Source: Candidatus Versatilivorator sp. (GTDB taxonomy: Bacteria > Acidobacteriota > Terriglobia > Versatilivoradales > Versatilivoraceae). From it: a stretch of 64,000 bases of DNA. The position numbers and the translations under genes were made by a program. The stretch lies in NCBI GenBank assembly GCA_965207735.1, contig OZ242296.1, positions 3,584,001-3,648,000 of the forward strand, written 5' to 3'. This document shows, one piece after another, positions 48,312 through 57,825 of this stretch. Each line of letters opens with the position of its first letter. Within the stretch, counting starts at the first letter, position 1. Below the pieces are notes generated by a model, which was not told where the DNA came from, ran no database searches, and saw nothing but the letters and a program-made list of their open reading frames with translations.

Positions 48312-48851
48312 TTGAAAGTTGAAATTCGCCGGATGGTGGAGGCGGACGTCGCCCGGGTAGTGGCCATTGAGAACTGCTGGGACTACTTGAGCAAATGGGG
48401 GGAAGAGGGCTATCTGAAGGTGCTCAGGGAGCCCTACCTCTACTGCCCCCTGGTGGCGGAGGTGGAATCCGCCGGCGAATCGTCGCCCGGGGAAACGGCG
48501 GCCTTGGCGGGCGCGGCCGTGTTGGCCCTGATGGTCGATCACGGCGAGTTGTGCAATTTGATGGTTCCGCCCCGGTACCTGGGTAAGCGGGTGGGCCGGC
48601 GGCTCCTGGCCGGGTGCATGGAAGTGGCCCGCCAGCGGCAGTGTTCCCGCATCTTCCTGGAGGTGCGGCAGTCCAACCAGCGCGCCATCCACTTCTACCG
48701 GCAACACGGTTTCCGGATCGTCTCCCGCCGCAGCAACTACTATCGGGATCCGCTGGAGGATGCCTGGGTGATGGAGCGGCCGGTCGCCGCGGGGCCGCTG
48801 TCACCCGGGGGGTCCGGCGTCCTGCAAGGGATGGGCGCCCTGCCGCGGTAG
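48312..48851 (+). CDS. rimI: Ribosomal protein alanine N-acetyltransferase (GNAT)
   Basis: G.RVG..LL, FLEVR.SN..AI.FY...GF...R.NYY..P.EDA..M; near tsaB. Confidence 0.85.
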   Translation: MKVEIRRMVEADVARVVAIENCWDYLSKWGEEGYLKVLREPYLYCPLVAEVESAGESSPGETAALAGAAVLALMVDHGELCNLMVPPRYLGKRVGRRLLAGCMEVARQRQCSRIFLEVRQSNQRAIHFYRQHGFRIVSRRSNYYRDPLEDAWVMERPVAAGPLSPGGSGVLQGMGALPR

Positions 48852-48967
48852 CCTTGCCGCCCCTCGCACCATTCCGCCCGCACCCCGAGCTGGCCTGCCG
48901 TCTCCTCCCTTCGGAGTTGAAAGACACCGGTCTCCGGTCCCCGGGCCTGCACGGGTAATCCCGCGGA

Positions 48968-49402
48968 TCAGTCGGGGTCCGCCGTGCTGTTCCAGGGCCG
49001 CAAGACCAGGTGGGCTCCCAGTATCACAAAGACCAGAAGGGCCGAGAGCAGGCAGTAGTCGCAGTAGGCCTGCAGGACAAATGCCTGCAGGTACAGCAGG
49101 TAGAGGGTCACCAGGAAGGCTGCCAGGCTGGCGATCAGGGTGAAGCGGAACACTTGCCGGAATCCCGACAGGCCGAAGATGCCGGCGGCGGTCACCGCCA
49201 GGTAAAAGGCGAAGCCGAACCAGGCGATGGAGAGGCCGCCCCAGTGGGAATAGGCGCTGTTGAGAACCTGGTCGCAGCCCCCGGCGGGCCCGCAGGGGAT
49301 CAGCAGGCCGGTAAGGCTGTGGAAGCCGACGTAGCCGGAATCGATCATCCCGGCGAACCCGGCCAGCACCATCACACGAATCGGCCAGGGATTGCCGCTC
49401 AC
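48968..49402 (-). CDS. Vitamin K epoxide reductase (VKOR) family protein
   Basis: C....GCDQVLNS.YS, TM helices, YCDYC CxxC; GTGA overlap with the upstream DsbA-like stop. Confidence 0.88.
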   Translation of the reverse strand: MSGNPWPIRVMVLAGFAGMIDSGYVGFHSLTGLLIPCGPAGGCDQVLNSAYSHWGGLSIAWFGFAFYLAVTAAGIFGLSGFRQVFRFTLIASLAAFLVTLYLLYLQAFVLQAYCDYCLLSALLVFVILGAHLVLRPWNSTADPD

Positions 49403-50133
49403 TGGACAGACCGGATGCCGTCGACGATTCTCTGTTCGAACTCGACTTCGTCCCTGCTGTTGGGGATCGGCTTTCCGTTCAGAAAGAAGGCGGGAACTGA
49501 GCGGACCTGGGCCAACTGGGCTTCCAGGATGTCCCGGTTGATCTTTTCCCTCACCTCGGGATTCCAAAGATCTCGCCGGAAGAGCGCCAGGTTGAGCTGC
49601 AGTTCGGCGGCGTAACGGAGAAGGAAGGTTTGGGCATCCGGCACCTTGGCCCACTCGCTCTGGCGCTGGAGGAGCAGGTCGTGCATTTCCCAGAACTTGT
49701 ACTGGCGCCCGGCGGCCTCGGCCGCCTGGGCGGCAATCATGGCATTGCCGTGAGTCCTCTGCATGGGGTGGTGCTTGAAGACGATTTTCAGCCGGGAGCC
49801 GTGCTTTCTGGCGATTTTGGCCACTCGAGTGCTGGCGGCGGCGCAGGCTCCGCACTGAAAGTCGACGAATTCGACCAGGACCGCCTTGGCCAGGCTGTTT
49901 CCCTTGCTCCAGCCCTGCGAGCTGATGGGGGAATGGGTTTTGCTGGAGGTTGGAGCCGGTGCGGAGACCGCCTGATCGTCGGCGCGGCGCTGCAGGTAGA
50001 AAGCCGTTCCCAGGGCAACCGCGACCACTAGGGCCAGGAGGGCCAGGGGCTTGGCGATCGACCGGGCCCTTTTTTTGCGCGGCTTGCCGCGGGCTCCCGA
50101 ACGCGGTTTTTGAGAGGAGGACACCTTGGCCAT
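49399..50133 (-). CDS. Membrane-anchored DsbA/thioredoxin-fold protein
   Basis: EFVDFQCGAC, AAEAAG.Q.KFWEMHD.L, SVPAFFLNG; N-terminal TM helix. Confidence 0.88.
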   Translation of the reverse strand: MAKVSSSQKPRSGARGKPRKKRARSIAKPLALLALVVAVALGTAFYLQRRADDQAVSAPAPTSSKTHSPISSQGWSKGNSLAKAVLVEFVDFQCGACAAASTRVAKIARKHGSRLKIVFKHHPMQRTHGNAMIAAQAAEAAGRQYKFWEMHDLLLQRQSEWAKVPDAQTFLLRYAAELQLNLALFRRDLWNPEVREKINRDILEAQLAQVRSVPAFFLNGKPIPNSRDEVEFEQRIVDGIRSVQ

Positions 50134-50181
50134 CAGTCGATTCTCCAAATCCGGGGCATCTTTCCGATCACTGAAGACGGG

Positions 50182-50432
50182 CTAGCCCGCATTTCTCACC
50201 AGGGGGCATGATCATGGCGCAGGATTTTTCCCTTCAGGGCGTGCTCGCGACCGAAGAGCGTAGCGGTCACTACGCGCGAGGGAGCATGTGCGCGCTGAAG
50301 GGAAAAAGACAAGCCAAGGCATGCCCAGCGCCGTCTGTTACCCGCAAGCCCTTCCCATGGAGCCAATCAACGTACTGAAGATAAACTACTTCTCGTCATG
50401 GCACCAGCGACCTGGTGAGAAATGCGGGCTAG
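50182..50432. mobile_element. MITE (non-autonomous IS derivative) with perfect terminal inverted repeats and CTAG flanks
   Basis: CTAG-CCCGCATTTCTCACCAGG (50182-50203) and CCTGGTGAGAAATGCGGG-CTAG (50411-50432); internal hairpin GCGTAG-CGGTCA-CTACGC; no transposase. Confidence 0.85.
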
Positions 50433-51010
50433 GGGGACAGGGCAATGTCATCTTCGTTCCCCCGGATGCCGTCGGCGCCCGGGGACAGGATCCGCAGACC
50501 CTTCGGACCGGTACGCTGCAGAACGAGGGGGCGTCCCCAGGCGTCGAAGCGAATCGAAGTAGCCATGTGCCGGGGGAACAGCAGATCGATCAGCCCGGAC
50601 AGGTCTCGGGCCCGGGGATACTCCCCATGGGTTTTCTTATACTCCCTGATTCCATCCGCCAGCTTGCTCAGGTCCTGACGGGTCTGTCGGTTTCTGGTCG
50701 TGTCCAGGGCCTGACGCAAGGTGTCGATCCGAACCCAGTTCCCGTCCGACAACCGAACCGCTTCCACCTCCCACTTCCCCCGTGAATTCCGGGAGAGCTG
50801 AAAAACCATCTTCAAGTTGGCTTCGGCAATCGCTTGATTGGTTCCGGGCTGCGAGACTTTTCGGATTTCCAGAGATTTGTCCTCGATTTCCAGCAGCCCC
50901 AGCTTCAGGATTCTCTTTCGGGCGGTCTCGTGGCTGAGCTTGCGGGAGGAGGCACAACCCACAATGCAGCAAACGAGCGCCAGCAACGCAAAGATCCTTA
51001 ACCCGTTCAT
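50429..51010 (-). CDS. Lipoprotein with C-terminal GspG (T2SS pseudopilin)-like domain
   Basis: Lipobox IVGC; L...I.EY....G.YP, DAWGRPL, SPGADG..GNEDDI. Confidence 0.65.
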   Translation of the reverse strand: MNGLRIFALLALVCCIVGCASSRKLSHETARKRILKLGLLEIEDKSLEIRKVSQPGTNQAIAEANLKMVFQLSRNSRGKWEVEAVRLSDGNWVRIDTLRQALDTTRNRQTRQDLSKLADGIREYKKTHGEYPRARDLSGLIDLLFPRHMATSIRFDAWGRPLVLQRTGPKGLRILSPGADGIRGNEDDIALSP

Positions 51011-51035
51011 GGGAAAATCATCCTATCCTGGATTC

Positions 51036-51524
51036 TCAGGGCGTGCCGGCTCTGAGGAGCTGGACGTTGACGGCGCTGTTGACCTGCTGCGAGACCTGCA
51101 GGGCCTCCTGAACCACGGGGCGGCAATTCTGGGGGACCTTTTCAATCGTCTGGATCAGGGAGGCGTTGATCTTCTGGGTGGATTTCAAGAGCGCCTTCAG
51201 GAGTTTCTGACCCTTTTTCTGGTCGGGATCTTCCTTTGCAGCCAGGTCATCGGCTCGGCTCAGGGCCAGGGCGTACCCGGTCAGGTACATCCGAGCCTGG
51301 TCCTGATCGCATTTCCGAACCAGGATTCGGAACTGCTTGAGCCGGTCAAAGGTGATGTCCAGGTATACGCTCAGCTGCTTTCGCGGGGTATTGGCCTTCC
51401 GCAGGGCTTCCTCCTCCGTTGAGGAGAACTTGTCGGGGGAGAAAGCATCCTCGGAGGCCCAGGAATGGTGAGCCAAGCCGAAAGTTACCGCCAATATGCC
51501 GAGGGCAACCAGCCCGCGGACCAA
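51036..51524 (-). CDS. Hypothetical secreted alpha-helical protein
   Basis: Signal peptide ending SWA; co-oriented between citrate synthase and the GspG-like gene. Confidence 0.55.
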   Translation of the reverse strand: MVRGLVALGILAVTFGLAHHSWASEDAFSPDKFSSTEEEALRKANTPRKQLSVYLDITFDRLKQFRILVRKCDQDQARMYLTGYALALSRADDLAAKEDPDQKKGQKLLKALLKSTQKINASLIQTIEKVPQNCRPVVQEALQVSQQVNSAVNVQLLRAGTP

Positions 51525-51561
51525 AGGGGCGCGGAATGGAACAATTGGCGGCAGCAGGGGA

Positions 51562-52686
51562 TTACCTCTCGTTCATGGGAATATAGGGCGCTGGATGAGA
51601 GGGGCCGGTGTATTCGGCTCTGGGCCGAATGAGGCGGTTGTTGTCCAGTTGCTCGAGAACGTGCGCTGTCCAGCCGGAGATGCGGCTGACCGCGAATAGC
51701 GGGGTGAACAGGTCGACCGGGATCCCGAGGTTGTAGTAGACCGTGGCCGAATAGAAATCGACGTTGGCGTTGATATTCTTTTCCCGTTTCACCACTTCTT
51801 CGATCACCCGGGAGGTTTCGAACCACTTGCGGGTGCCGGAACTCTCGGAAAGGTCGCGTGACATGCGGCGCAGATGGGTGGCTCGCGGGTCCTCGGTTCG
51901 ATAAACCCGGTGTCCGAAGCCGCTGATCTTCCGCTTTCTGGCCAAAGCTTCCTTGACATAGGTTTCGGCCCGCTCCGTCTCGCCAATGTCGATCAGCATG
52001 CGCATGACATCCTGGTTGGCCCCGCCGTGCAGGGGGCCTTTCAAGGTTCCGATGGCCGAGGTAATGGCGGAATGGACGTCCGTCAAGGTGGCCACGGTCA
52101 CGCGGGCCGCAAAGGTCGAGGCGTTGAACTCATGGTCGGCGTGCAGGATGAGCGCCACGTCCAGGGCCCGTTCGGCGGTCGCATCGGGCTTTTTCCCGGT
52201 CAACATGTAGACGAAATTGGCGGCATGGGAAAGCCCGGAGTCGGGGCTGACCGGTTCCTGGCCGTTGCGGATGCGGTCGGCCGTGGCCACGATGGTAGCG
52301 ATCTGGCCGGTCAGACGATAGGTCTTGCGCAGGTTGGCCGGTTTGTCGTTGGCGGCGGCGTCGGGGTCGTAATGGGACAGGGCCGAAACAGCCGTGCGCA
52401 GGACATCCATGGGGGGAGCGTCCGGGGGCAAGCTCTTCAGCAACTGAAACACCGGCTCCGGCAGGGCCCGGCTCCGACCCATGACCGCTGTCATTTCGTC
52501 CAGTTCCGCCTGCTGGGGGAGGCGGCCGAACCACAACAGGAAGCAGACTTCCTCAAAGGTCGAATGTTCCGCCAGATCGTGGATGTCTATGCCTCGATAA
52601 GACAGAATCCCCTTCTGTCCGTCGATGTAGCATATGGATGAGGTCGCCGCCACTACATCCTGCAAGCCTTCCTTAAACCTGGACAT
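51562..52686 (-). CDS. gltA: Citrate synthase (short dimeric type)
   Basis: LHADHEFNASTF, GPLHGGAN, GFGHRVY..EDPR, NVDFYS; GGAG RBS. Confidence 0.93.
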   Translation of the reverse strand: MSRFKEGLQDVVAATSSICYIDGQKGILSYRGIDIHDLAEHSTFEEVCFLLWFGRLPQQAELDEMTAVMGRSRALPEPVFQLLKSLPPDAPPMDVLRTAVSALSHYDPDAAANDKPANLRKTYRLTGQIATIVATADRIRNGQEPVSPDSGLSHAANFVYMLTGKKPDATAERALDVALILHADHEFNASTFAARVTVATLTDVHSAITSAIGTLKGPLHGGANQDVMRMLIDIGETERAETYVKEALARKRKISGFGHRVYRTEDPRATHLRRMSRDLSESSGTRKWFETSRVIEEVVKREKNINANVDFYSATVYYNLGIPVDLFTPLFAVSRISGWTAHVLEQLDNNRLIRPRAEYTGPSHPAPYIPMNER

Positions 52687-52877
52687 TCACCACTCCTTCT
52701 CCACCCCTCAAGTAACCGTGCGATGTGTTTCCTGCGAGAAAACCGGCGGGGCCAGCCTGAAACGGGACACGCGGTCTGTTAGCGAGGCCGGAATTCTAAA
52801 CCAAAGCCCGCGGTTGTGGGAAGGAAATTCGTGAGCGGCAGGTGGCTTCCGGCATAAGCGCAGTCCATGGCTAGCCC

Positions 52878-53411
52878 TCAAAACCACCAGGCTTTCAAGA
52901 GGAGCAGGGCCAGGGCGGCGGTGAATCCCAGCACAGCCCGATATTCGCGGTTGCGGCGGTAGTGTTGCAGGCTGAAAGGGGCCGGGCCGCTGCTGTCCGG
53001 CCAGCGGGTGGGGAGAAAGAAGGGGACGGTCTTCCGGTAGTCGGGATAGCGCAGGGGGAAAAGTTGTCTCAGGCGCTCTTCCTCGGCCCGCATGGCCGGT
53101 CCGTACAAGAGGAAAAAGCAGGTCAGAAACAGGGCCAGGATGAGCAGACTGCGCCCGGCCAGGCTGAATCCCAGCCCGATCACGAAGCTTCCCAGGTAGA
53201 GAGGATGGCGGGTGAAGGCGTAGGGCCCGGAGACGGCCAGTTGGTCGTTCTTGCGGACGTGGCCGGCGGCCCATCCCCGAAAGAGCATTCCCAGGAAGGC
53301 CAGAGCGATTCCCGCCGGCCAGAGAGGCCAGGTGGGGTGGGCCAGCAAGAAAAAGAGGACGGCCAGGAGAAAGCCGGCGGGGACGCGGAGGCGGGTGAGG
53401 ATAGGCAGCAT
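52878..53411 (-). CDS. ICMT/PEMT-family membrane methyltransferase (LmtA-like candidate)
   Basis: RGWAAGH..K...L...GPYAFTRHPLYLGS, EE..L...F...Y..Y...VP; 13 nt downstream of waaC. Confidence 0.8.
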   Translation of the reverse strand: MLPILTRLRVPAGFLLAVLFFLLAHPTWPLWPAGIALAFLGMLFRGWAAGHVRKNDQLAVSGPYAFTRHPLYLGSFVIGLGFSLAGRSLLILALFLTCFFLLYGPAMRAEEERLRQLFPLRYPDYRKTVPFFLPTRWPDSSGPAPFSLQHYRRNREYRAVLGFTAALALLLLKAWWF

Positions 53412-53424
53412 GAGGCGTTTGGGC

Positions 53425-54495
53425 TCAGTCGGCCCGGAGTGGAAGCGCAGCCTGGGAACGGGGTCGTTCCAGCCGCCTCACCACCGCATCGAACACTTGG
53501 TCCACCGTGACCAGGGTCATGCACTGGCAGCGGTACTTCCAGCAGGTCCTCTTGTAGCAGGGCCCGCAGGGAACCGGGTGGAACACCGCCAGGTCCTCCG
53601 GATGGGGGGACCCGTTCCTTCCGGGGTCGGTCGGACCGAAGATCGCCACCACCGGCGTGCGGCAAGCCGCGGCCAGGTGCAGCGGTCCGGTGTCTCCACC
53701 CACGAACAGGCGGGCTCTCCGGGCCAGGGCGATGAACTGGGGCAGGGTGGTCGAAAAGGTCGGTGGCGGGTCGCCCGGACAGGCCGCCGTCACTTCCCGT
53801 ACCAGGTCCTCTTCTCCCGGTCCCCAGGTCAGCACCGTCTTCAGACCCAGCTCCCGCCTGATTCGATGGTGGAGAAGGCCATAGTTGGAGGGAGACCAGT
53901 TCTTGGTCACCCAGCCGCCGCCGGGGTTGAGGATGATGAACTCCTCCAGGCGGCGTTGGGCCAACTGGGTTTCGATGTAGGCCCGGTCCGACTCTTCCAC
54001 TCCCAGTTTGAACCCCCCTTGGCCGCGGGTGGCACCCTGGCTGCCCGCCAGCGCGCGATGCAGTTCACTGACGTGGGGGGTCGCGGGGTGCGGTGACACC
54101 CGTTTGCCATAGAGGATGCGGCAACCGGGTTCCTTCAGGTAGGGCTTGTCGAACCCGACCAGCAACCGGGAGCGGGAAAAGAGGCCGAAGGCCGCCGACT
54201 TCCACAGTCCCTGGAAGTCAAAGGCCACCTCGTACCGCTGCCGCCGCAGTTGGCTCAAACAACGGAAAATCTCGCGCCAGGTGCCGGGACGCCACAGCGC
54301 TCGCCTCCACCCGCGGGTATCGAGTTCAATCACCCGGTCGAGCCAGGGATGGTTCTTCAGCAGGACACCGGCCTGCCTCTCGACCAGCCAGTCGATCCGG
54401 GCTCGGGGGAAGGAGGTCCTCAAATCCGCCAGAGCGGGAAGCGTGTGGACCACGTCTCCGATCGAACCCAGCTTGATGATCAGGATCCGATTCAT
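53425..54495 (-). CDS. waaC: Lipopolysaccharide heptosyltransferase I (GT9)
   Basis: [41 protein letters not shown]. Confidence 0.85.
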   Translation of the reverse strand: MNRILIIKLGSIGDVVHTLPALADLRTSFPRARIDWLVERQAGVLLKNHPWLDRVIELDTRGWRRALWRPGTWREIFRCLSQLRRQRYEVAFDFQGLWKSAAFGLFSRSRLLVGFDKPYLKEPGCRILYGKRVSPHPATPHVSELHRALAGSQGATRGQGGFKLGVEESDRAYIETQLAQRRLEEFIILNPGGGWVTKNWSPSNYGLLHHRIRRELGLKTVLTWGPGEEDLVREVTAACPGDPPPTFSTTLPQFIALARRARLFVGGDTGPLHLAAACRTPVVAIFGPTDPGRNGSPHPEDLAVFHPVPCGPCYKRTCWKYRCQCMTLVTVDQVFDAVVRRLERPRSQAALPLRAD

Positions 54496-55004
54496 CGGTC
54501 CTTCTTCCCGGTGGAGGGAGGCGGCCCCTGGGGCTGCATCAGTCCCTTCAGCAGGCCGCGGGTGGAATGGTCCTTGGGGTCTCCGGCAATAGCGATCCGT
54601 CCCCCGTAGGAGAGCACCACCTCTCTCTCGGGAACCGTCTGCTCGCTGTAGTCGGTTCCCTTGCAGTGTATGTGGGGCTGCAGCCTGCGAAGTACCCGTT
54701 CCACGTTCAATTCCTCAAAGACCAGCACGTAGTCTACGCAGGACAGGGCGGCCAGGATTTCCGCCCGTTCCTGTTCGGGCATCAGGGGGCGGGGAGGCCC
54801 CTTGAGCGCGCGCACGGAGGCGTCCCCATTGAGGGCCACCACCAGGCAGTCCCCCAACTGCCGCGCCTCCTGCAGGTAGCGGACGTGGCCCACATGGAGC
54901 CAGTCGAAGCATCCGTTGGCCAGCACTACCTGGCGGCCACGCTCCTTCAGGTCTGTCACCAGAGGCTGCAAGGCCTCCAGGGAGAGGATCTTGGCGCTAT
55001 CCAT
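54492..55004 (-). CDS. Heptose 1-phosphate adenylyltransferase (RfaE domain II)
   Basis: [36 protein letters not shown]. Confidence 0.92.
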   Translation of the reverse strand: MDSAKILSLEALQPLVTDLKERGRQVVLANGCFDWLHVGHVRYLQEARQLGDCLVVALNGDASVRALKGPPRPLMPEQERAEILAALSCVDYVLVFEELNVERVLRRLQPHIHCKGTDYSEQTVPEREVVLSYGGRIAIAGDPKDHSTRGLLKGLMQPQGPPPSTGKKDR

Positions 55005-56013
55005 GAGAAGCTCGGTCCCGGGCCACCGCCTCCTTGAGCTCCTGGCGGGTCACCGTAGCGGTGCCGTGCTTCATCACCACCAGTCCGCCGGCGTAGTTGG
55101 AGAGCCGGGCCGCCTCCTCGAAGCTGGCTCCCACGGCCAGGGCCAGGGTAAAGACGGCAATGACGGTATCGCCGGCGCCGGTGACGTCCGCAACCTGGTC
55201 GCTCCCGAAAATGGGAATGGAAAAGGAGGGCTTGTGGGGAGTGAAGAGCACCATGCCGTCCCGCCCGCGGGTGATGAGGACCGCCTCCGAATTCAGCTTC
55301 CTCAACAGGCGCCTGCCCGCCTTTTCGAGCCTGGCCTTGTCGTTTCCGATCTCGTACCCTAACAGGGCCTCCACCTCGGGCTCATTGGGGGTGGAGGCGG
55401 TCAGCCCGGGAAACTGCAGCAGTTGGTACCTGGAATCCACCGTGATGGGGAACTCCTCTCGCATCCGGGCCAGGCGGGCCACCAGCGCGGGGCTCACGTA
55501 ACCCAGCCCGTAGTCGGAGATGATGAGGCCTTGGCAGGAAGCCAACAGAGGCGCCAGGCGGGTCCAGACCGTCTGTTCGGTCTCCGGGGTGTGTCGAAAG
55601 CGGCCCTCGCGGTCCAGCCGCAGGACCTGATGCCGGGTGGAGTGGGCCGAGCCGGCCACGAAGCGGGTCTTGACGGGAGTCGGGTAGTCCCTGTCCCTTT
55701 CGATCGTGGGAATGGAGAGCTCTGTGCCTTGGAGTTGCCGGTGGAGTTCCTCTCCGGCGGCATCCCGGCCCAGGATTCCAACCGGGACGGGGTGGGCCTC
55801 CAGCGCCGTCAGATTGTTGATGGCGTTGCCCGCGCCCCCGGGAAGAATGCGCGACTCCTTGTGCTTGAGGATGAGCACCGGAGCCTCCCGCGAAATCCGC
55901 GAGAACTCTCCGAACACGAACTCGTCCGCCACCAAGTCGCCGTAAACGACAAGGGGACAGCCGGGGAAGCTGTCGATGATCTCCGCGTAGCGGCGGGCGT
56001 CAGGGGCAGTCAT
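54997..56013 (-). CDS. Heptose 7-phosphate kinase (RfaE domain I, PfkB family)
   Basis: [35 protein letters not shown]; start ATG 56013. Confidence 0.92.
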   Translation of the reverse strand: MTAPDARRYAEIIDSFPGCPLVVYGDLVADEFVFGEFSRISREAPVLILKHKESRILPGGAGNAINNLTALEAHPVPVGILGRDAAGEELHRQLQGTELSIPTIERDRDYPTPVKTRFVAGSAHSTRHQVLRLDREGRFRHTPETEQTVWTRLAPLLASCQGLIISDYGLGYVSPALVARLARMREEFPITVDSRYQLLQFPGLTASTPNEPEVEALLGYEIGNDKARLEKAGRRLLRKLNSEAVLITRGRDGMVLFTPHKPSFSIPIFGSDQVADVTGAGDTVIAVFTLALAVGASFEEAARLSNYAGGLVVMKHGTATVTRQELKEAVARDRASHG

Positions 56014-56582
56014 ACCGTCTCCAGCACGACGCGGCTGGCCTCCAGCAGATTCTCCACCACCCACTCCGGCTGAACTTTCCACTGGTTCCTCTGGTGTTCG
56101 TAGGCCCCTCGGCCGTATCCCGAAAGGACAAAGACGGATCGGGCGCCGGCGTTGTGCGCCAGCTCGATATCGCTGTAGCGGTCTCCGATCACGAAGGATT
56201 TGCCGACGTCGACGCCGAATTCCTCGACCGCCCGCCACAACATGCCCGGCTTGGGTTTGCGGCACTGGCACACCTGGCGATAGGGAGGTTCGCCGGCCGT
56301 GGGATGATGGGGACAGTAGTAGACAGCGTCGAAATAGGCTCCGGCGTGCTCCATTTCCCTGCGAAGCCTGGTGTGGATCTGATTAACCAGATCTTCGCTG
56401 AAGTAACCCCGGGCCACCCCGGCCTGGTTGGTCACCACGATGGATTTCAACCCCCGCCGATTGAGCCCGCGAATGGCCTCGGCAGTCCAGGAGTAGACCT
56501 GAAAGCGGGAGAGATGGTTCACGTATCCGACCTCTTCGCTGATGGTGCCGTCTCGATCGATAAAGGCCGCAATTTCAGCCAT
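56010..56582 (-). CDS. gmhB: D,D-heptose 1,7-bisphosphate phosphatase
   Basis: FIDRDGTI, VTNQAG, YCPHHP, CRKPKPGM, IGDR.SD. Confidence 0.93.
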   Translation of the reverse strand: MAEIAAFIDRDGTISEEVGYVNHLSRFQVYSWTAEAIRGLNRRGLKSIVVTNQAGVARGYFSEDLVNQIHTRLRREMEHAGAYFDAVYYCPHHPTAGEPPYRQVCQCRKPKPGMLWRAVEEFGVDVGKSFVIGDRYSDIELAHNAGARSVFVLSGYGRGAYEHQRNQWKVQPEWVVENLLEASRVVLETV

Positions 56583-56742
56583 GGGCGAGATGTCTAGCTA
56601 GAGCAGGGCAATCGAAGTGGAGATCAGTTGAGGCTCGCGGGGAGATCGTTGGCGGGGTTGCCGTTCCCCTGAGCCCGCGGGAGGGGCGAGCATGGCCCCC
56701 AGGGTTGACGGAAACGGCCGTTCCTCCGAGCAACGGCGTCCC

Positions 56743-57825
56743 TCAGCCACCTGCCCGGAGCATCCGCACTGCCTCCTGGAAGACTTCGTCAACCGTGATC
56801 CGGGTCATGCAGCGGTGATCGATAGGACATTCTCGCAGAAGGCACGGACTGCATTCAACGTTTTTGTTCAGGACCACGGCGGCGGGGCCGAGGGGCCCGG
56901 TGGCGACTTGGTCGGTGGAGCCGAACAGCGCCAGGGTGGGGATTCCCAGCGCGGCCGCCAGGTGCATGGGCCCCGAATCATTGGTAATGAAGAGGTCGCA
57001 GCAGGCAATCATGGCGATCAGCTCCGAGAGGCGTGTTCTGCCCGAAAGAACCAGCGGGCGAGCGGCCATGTGCCCGCAAATGGACTCAGCGATGGGTCGC
57101 TCCTGCCGGGAACCGAACAGGATCGCTTCCACTTCTTGGGTGCGGATCAACCGATCCAGGACCTGGGCGTAACGGTCTCCCATCCAGCGCTTGGCCGAAC
57201 CGAAGGCGGCGCCCGGGTGAACGCCGACCACCTTGCCTTGAAATCGAACGCCCTCCTGTTCCAGTCGCTGCCTGGCAAGAGCGCGGGCCTCGGGCTGCAG
57301 CGGCAGCACCGGCGTCGTCTTCTCATGGCCCGGCGAGCGGGCGTCAAGGACTCTCTCCCGGCCCGCCAGCCGTTCCACCAGGTCGAGGTAGTAGCAGGTC
57401 TGATGTCTCGCCTTCAGTCGTGGATCGATCGAAACGGCATGGGTCAGGAGCCAACCGCGCCCATCCCTGCGGTAGCCGGCTCTCAGGGGAATGCGGGCCA
57501 GCCGGGTCAGGAAAGCGGCCTCGAAGGCATTCTGCAGGAGCAGAGCGGCATCGAAGCCGCCTCGGGCGAGCTTCCGAACCAACCGGAGCCGCCCCGCCGT
57601 CCCCGCATGCCGGCCGTCGCGATCGTAGAGCCAGACGGTGTCCACCCAGGGGCTGCCCTGGTAGATATCGCTGACCCAGGGCAGCACCAGCAAGGTGATG
57701 TGAGCCCGGGGAAGGAGCCGCCGGACCTCTCGTAGCGCGGGGATGGCCATCACCGAGTCCCCCACCCAGTTGGTTCCCCGAATTAGCAGCCGTCGGATGT
57801 GGTCGCCTTCCAGAAATGTCTTCAC
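56743..57825 (-). CDS. waaF: Lipopolysaccharide heptosyltransferase II (GT9)
   Basis: NWVGDSVM, HPGAAFGSAKRW, TNDSGPMHLAAA, FGST; GTGA overlap with the lpxK stop. Confidence 0.9.
   Translation of the reverse strand: MKTFLEGDHIRRLLIRGTNWVGDSVMAIPALREVRRLLPRAHITLLVLPWVSDIYQGSPWVDTVWLYDRDGRHAGTAGRLRLVRKLARGGFDAALLLQNAFEAAFLTRLARIPLRAGYRRDGRGWLLTHAVSIDPRLKARHQTCYYLDLVERLAGRERVLDARSPGHEKTTPVLPLQPEARALARQRLEQEGVRFQGKVVGVHPGAAFGSAKRWMGDRYAQVLDRLIRTQEVEAILFGSRQERPIAESICGHMAARPLVLSGRTRLSELIAMIACCDLFITNDSGPMHLAAALGIPTLALFGSTDQVATGPLGPAAVVLNKNVECSPCLLRECPIDHRCMTRITVDEVFQEAVRMLRAGG

Noticed and set aside
50288-50785. 165-aa plus-strand ORF as possible transposase fragment
   Set aside because: It is a translation of the MITE interior plus the antisense of the GspG-like gene; no DDE motif.
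54492-56013. Split hldE (separate kinase and adenylyltransferase) as a novelty
   Set aside because: Separate RfaE domain I and II genes are well known in many lineages.
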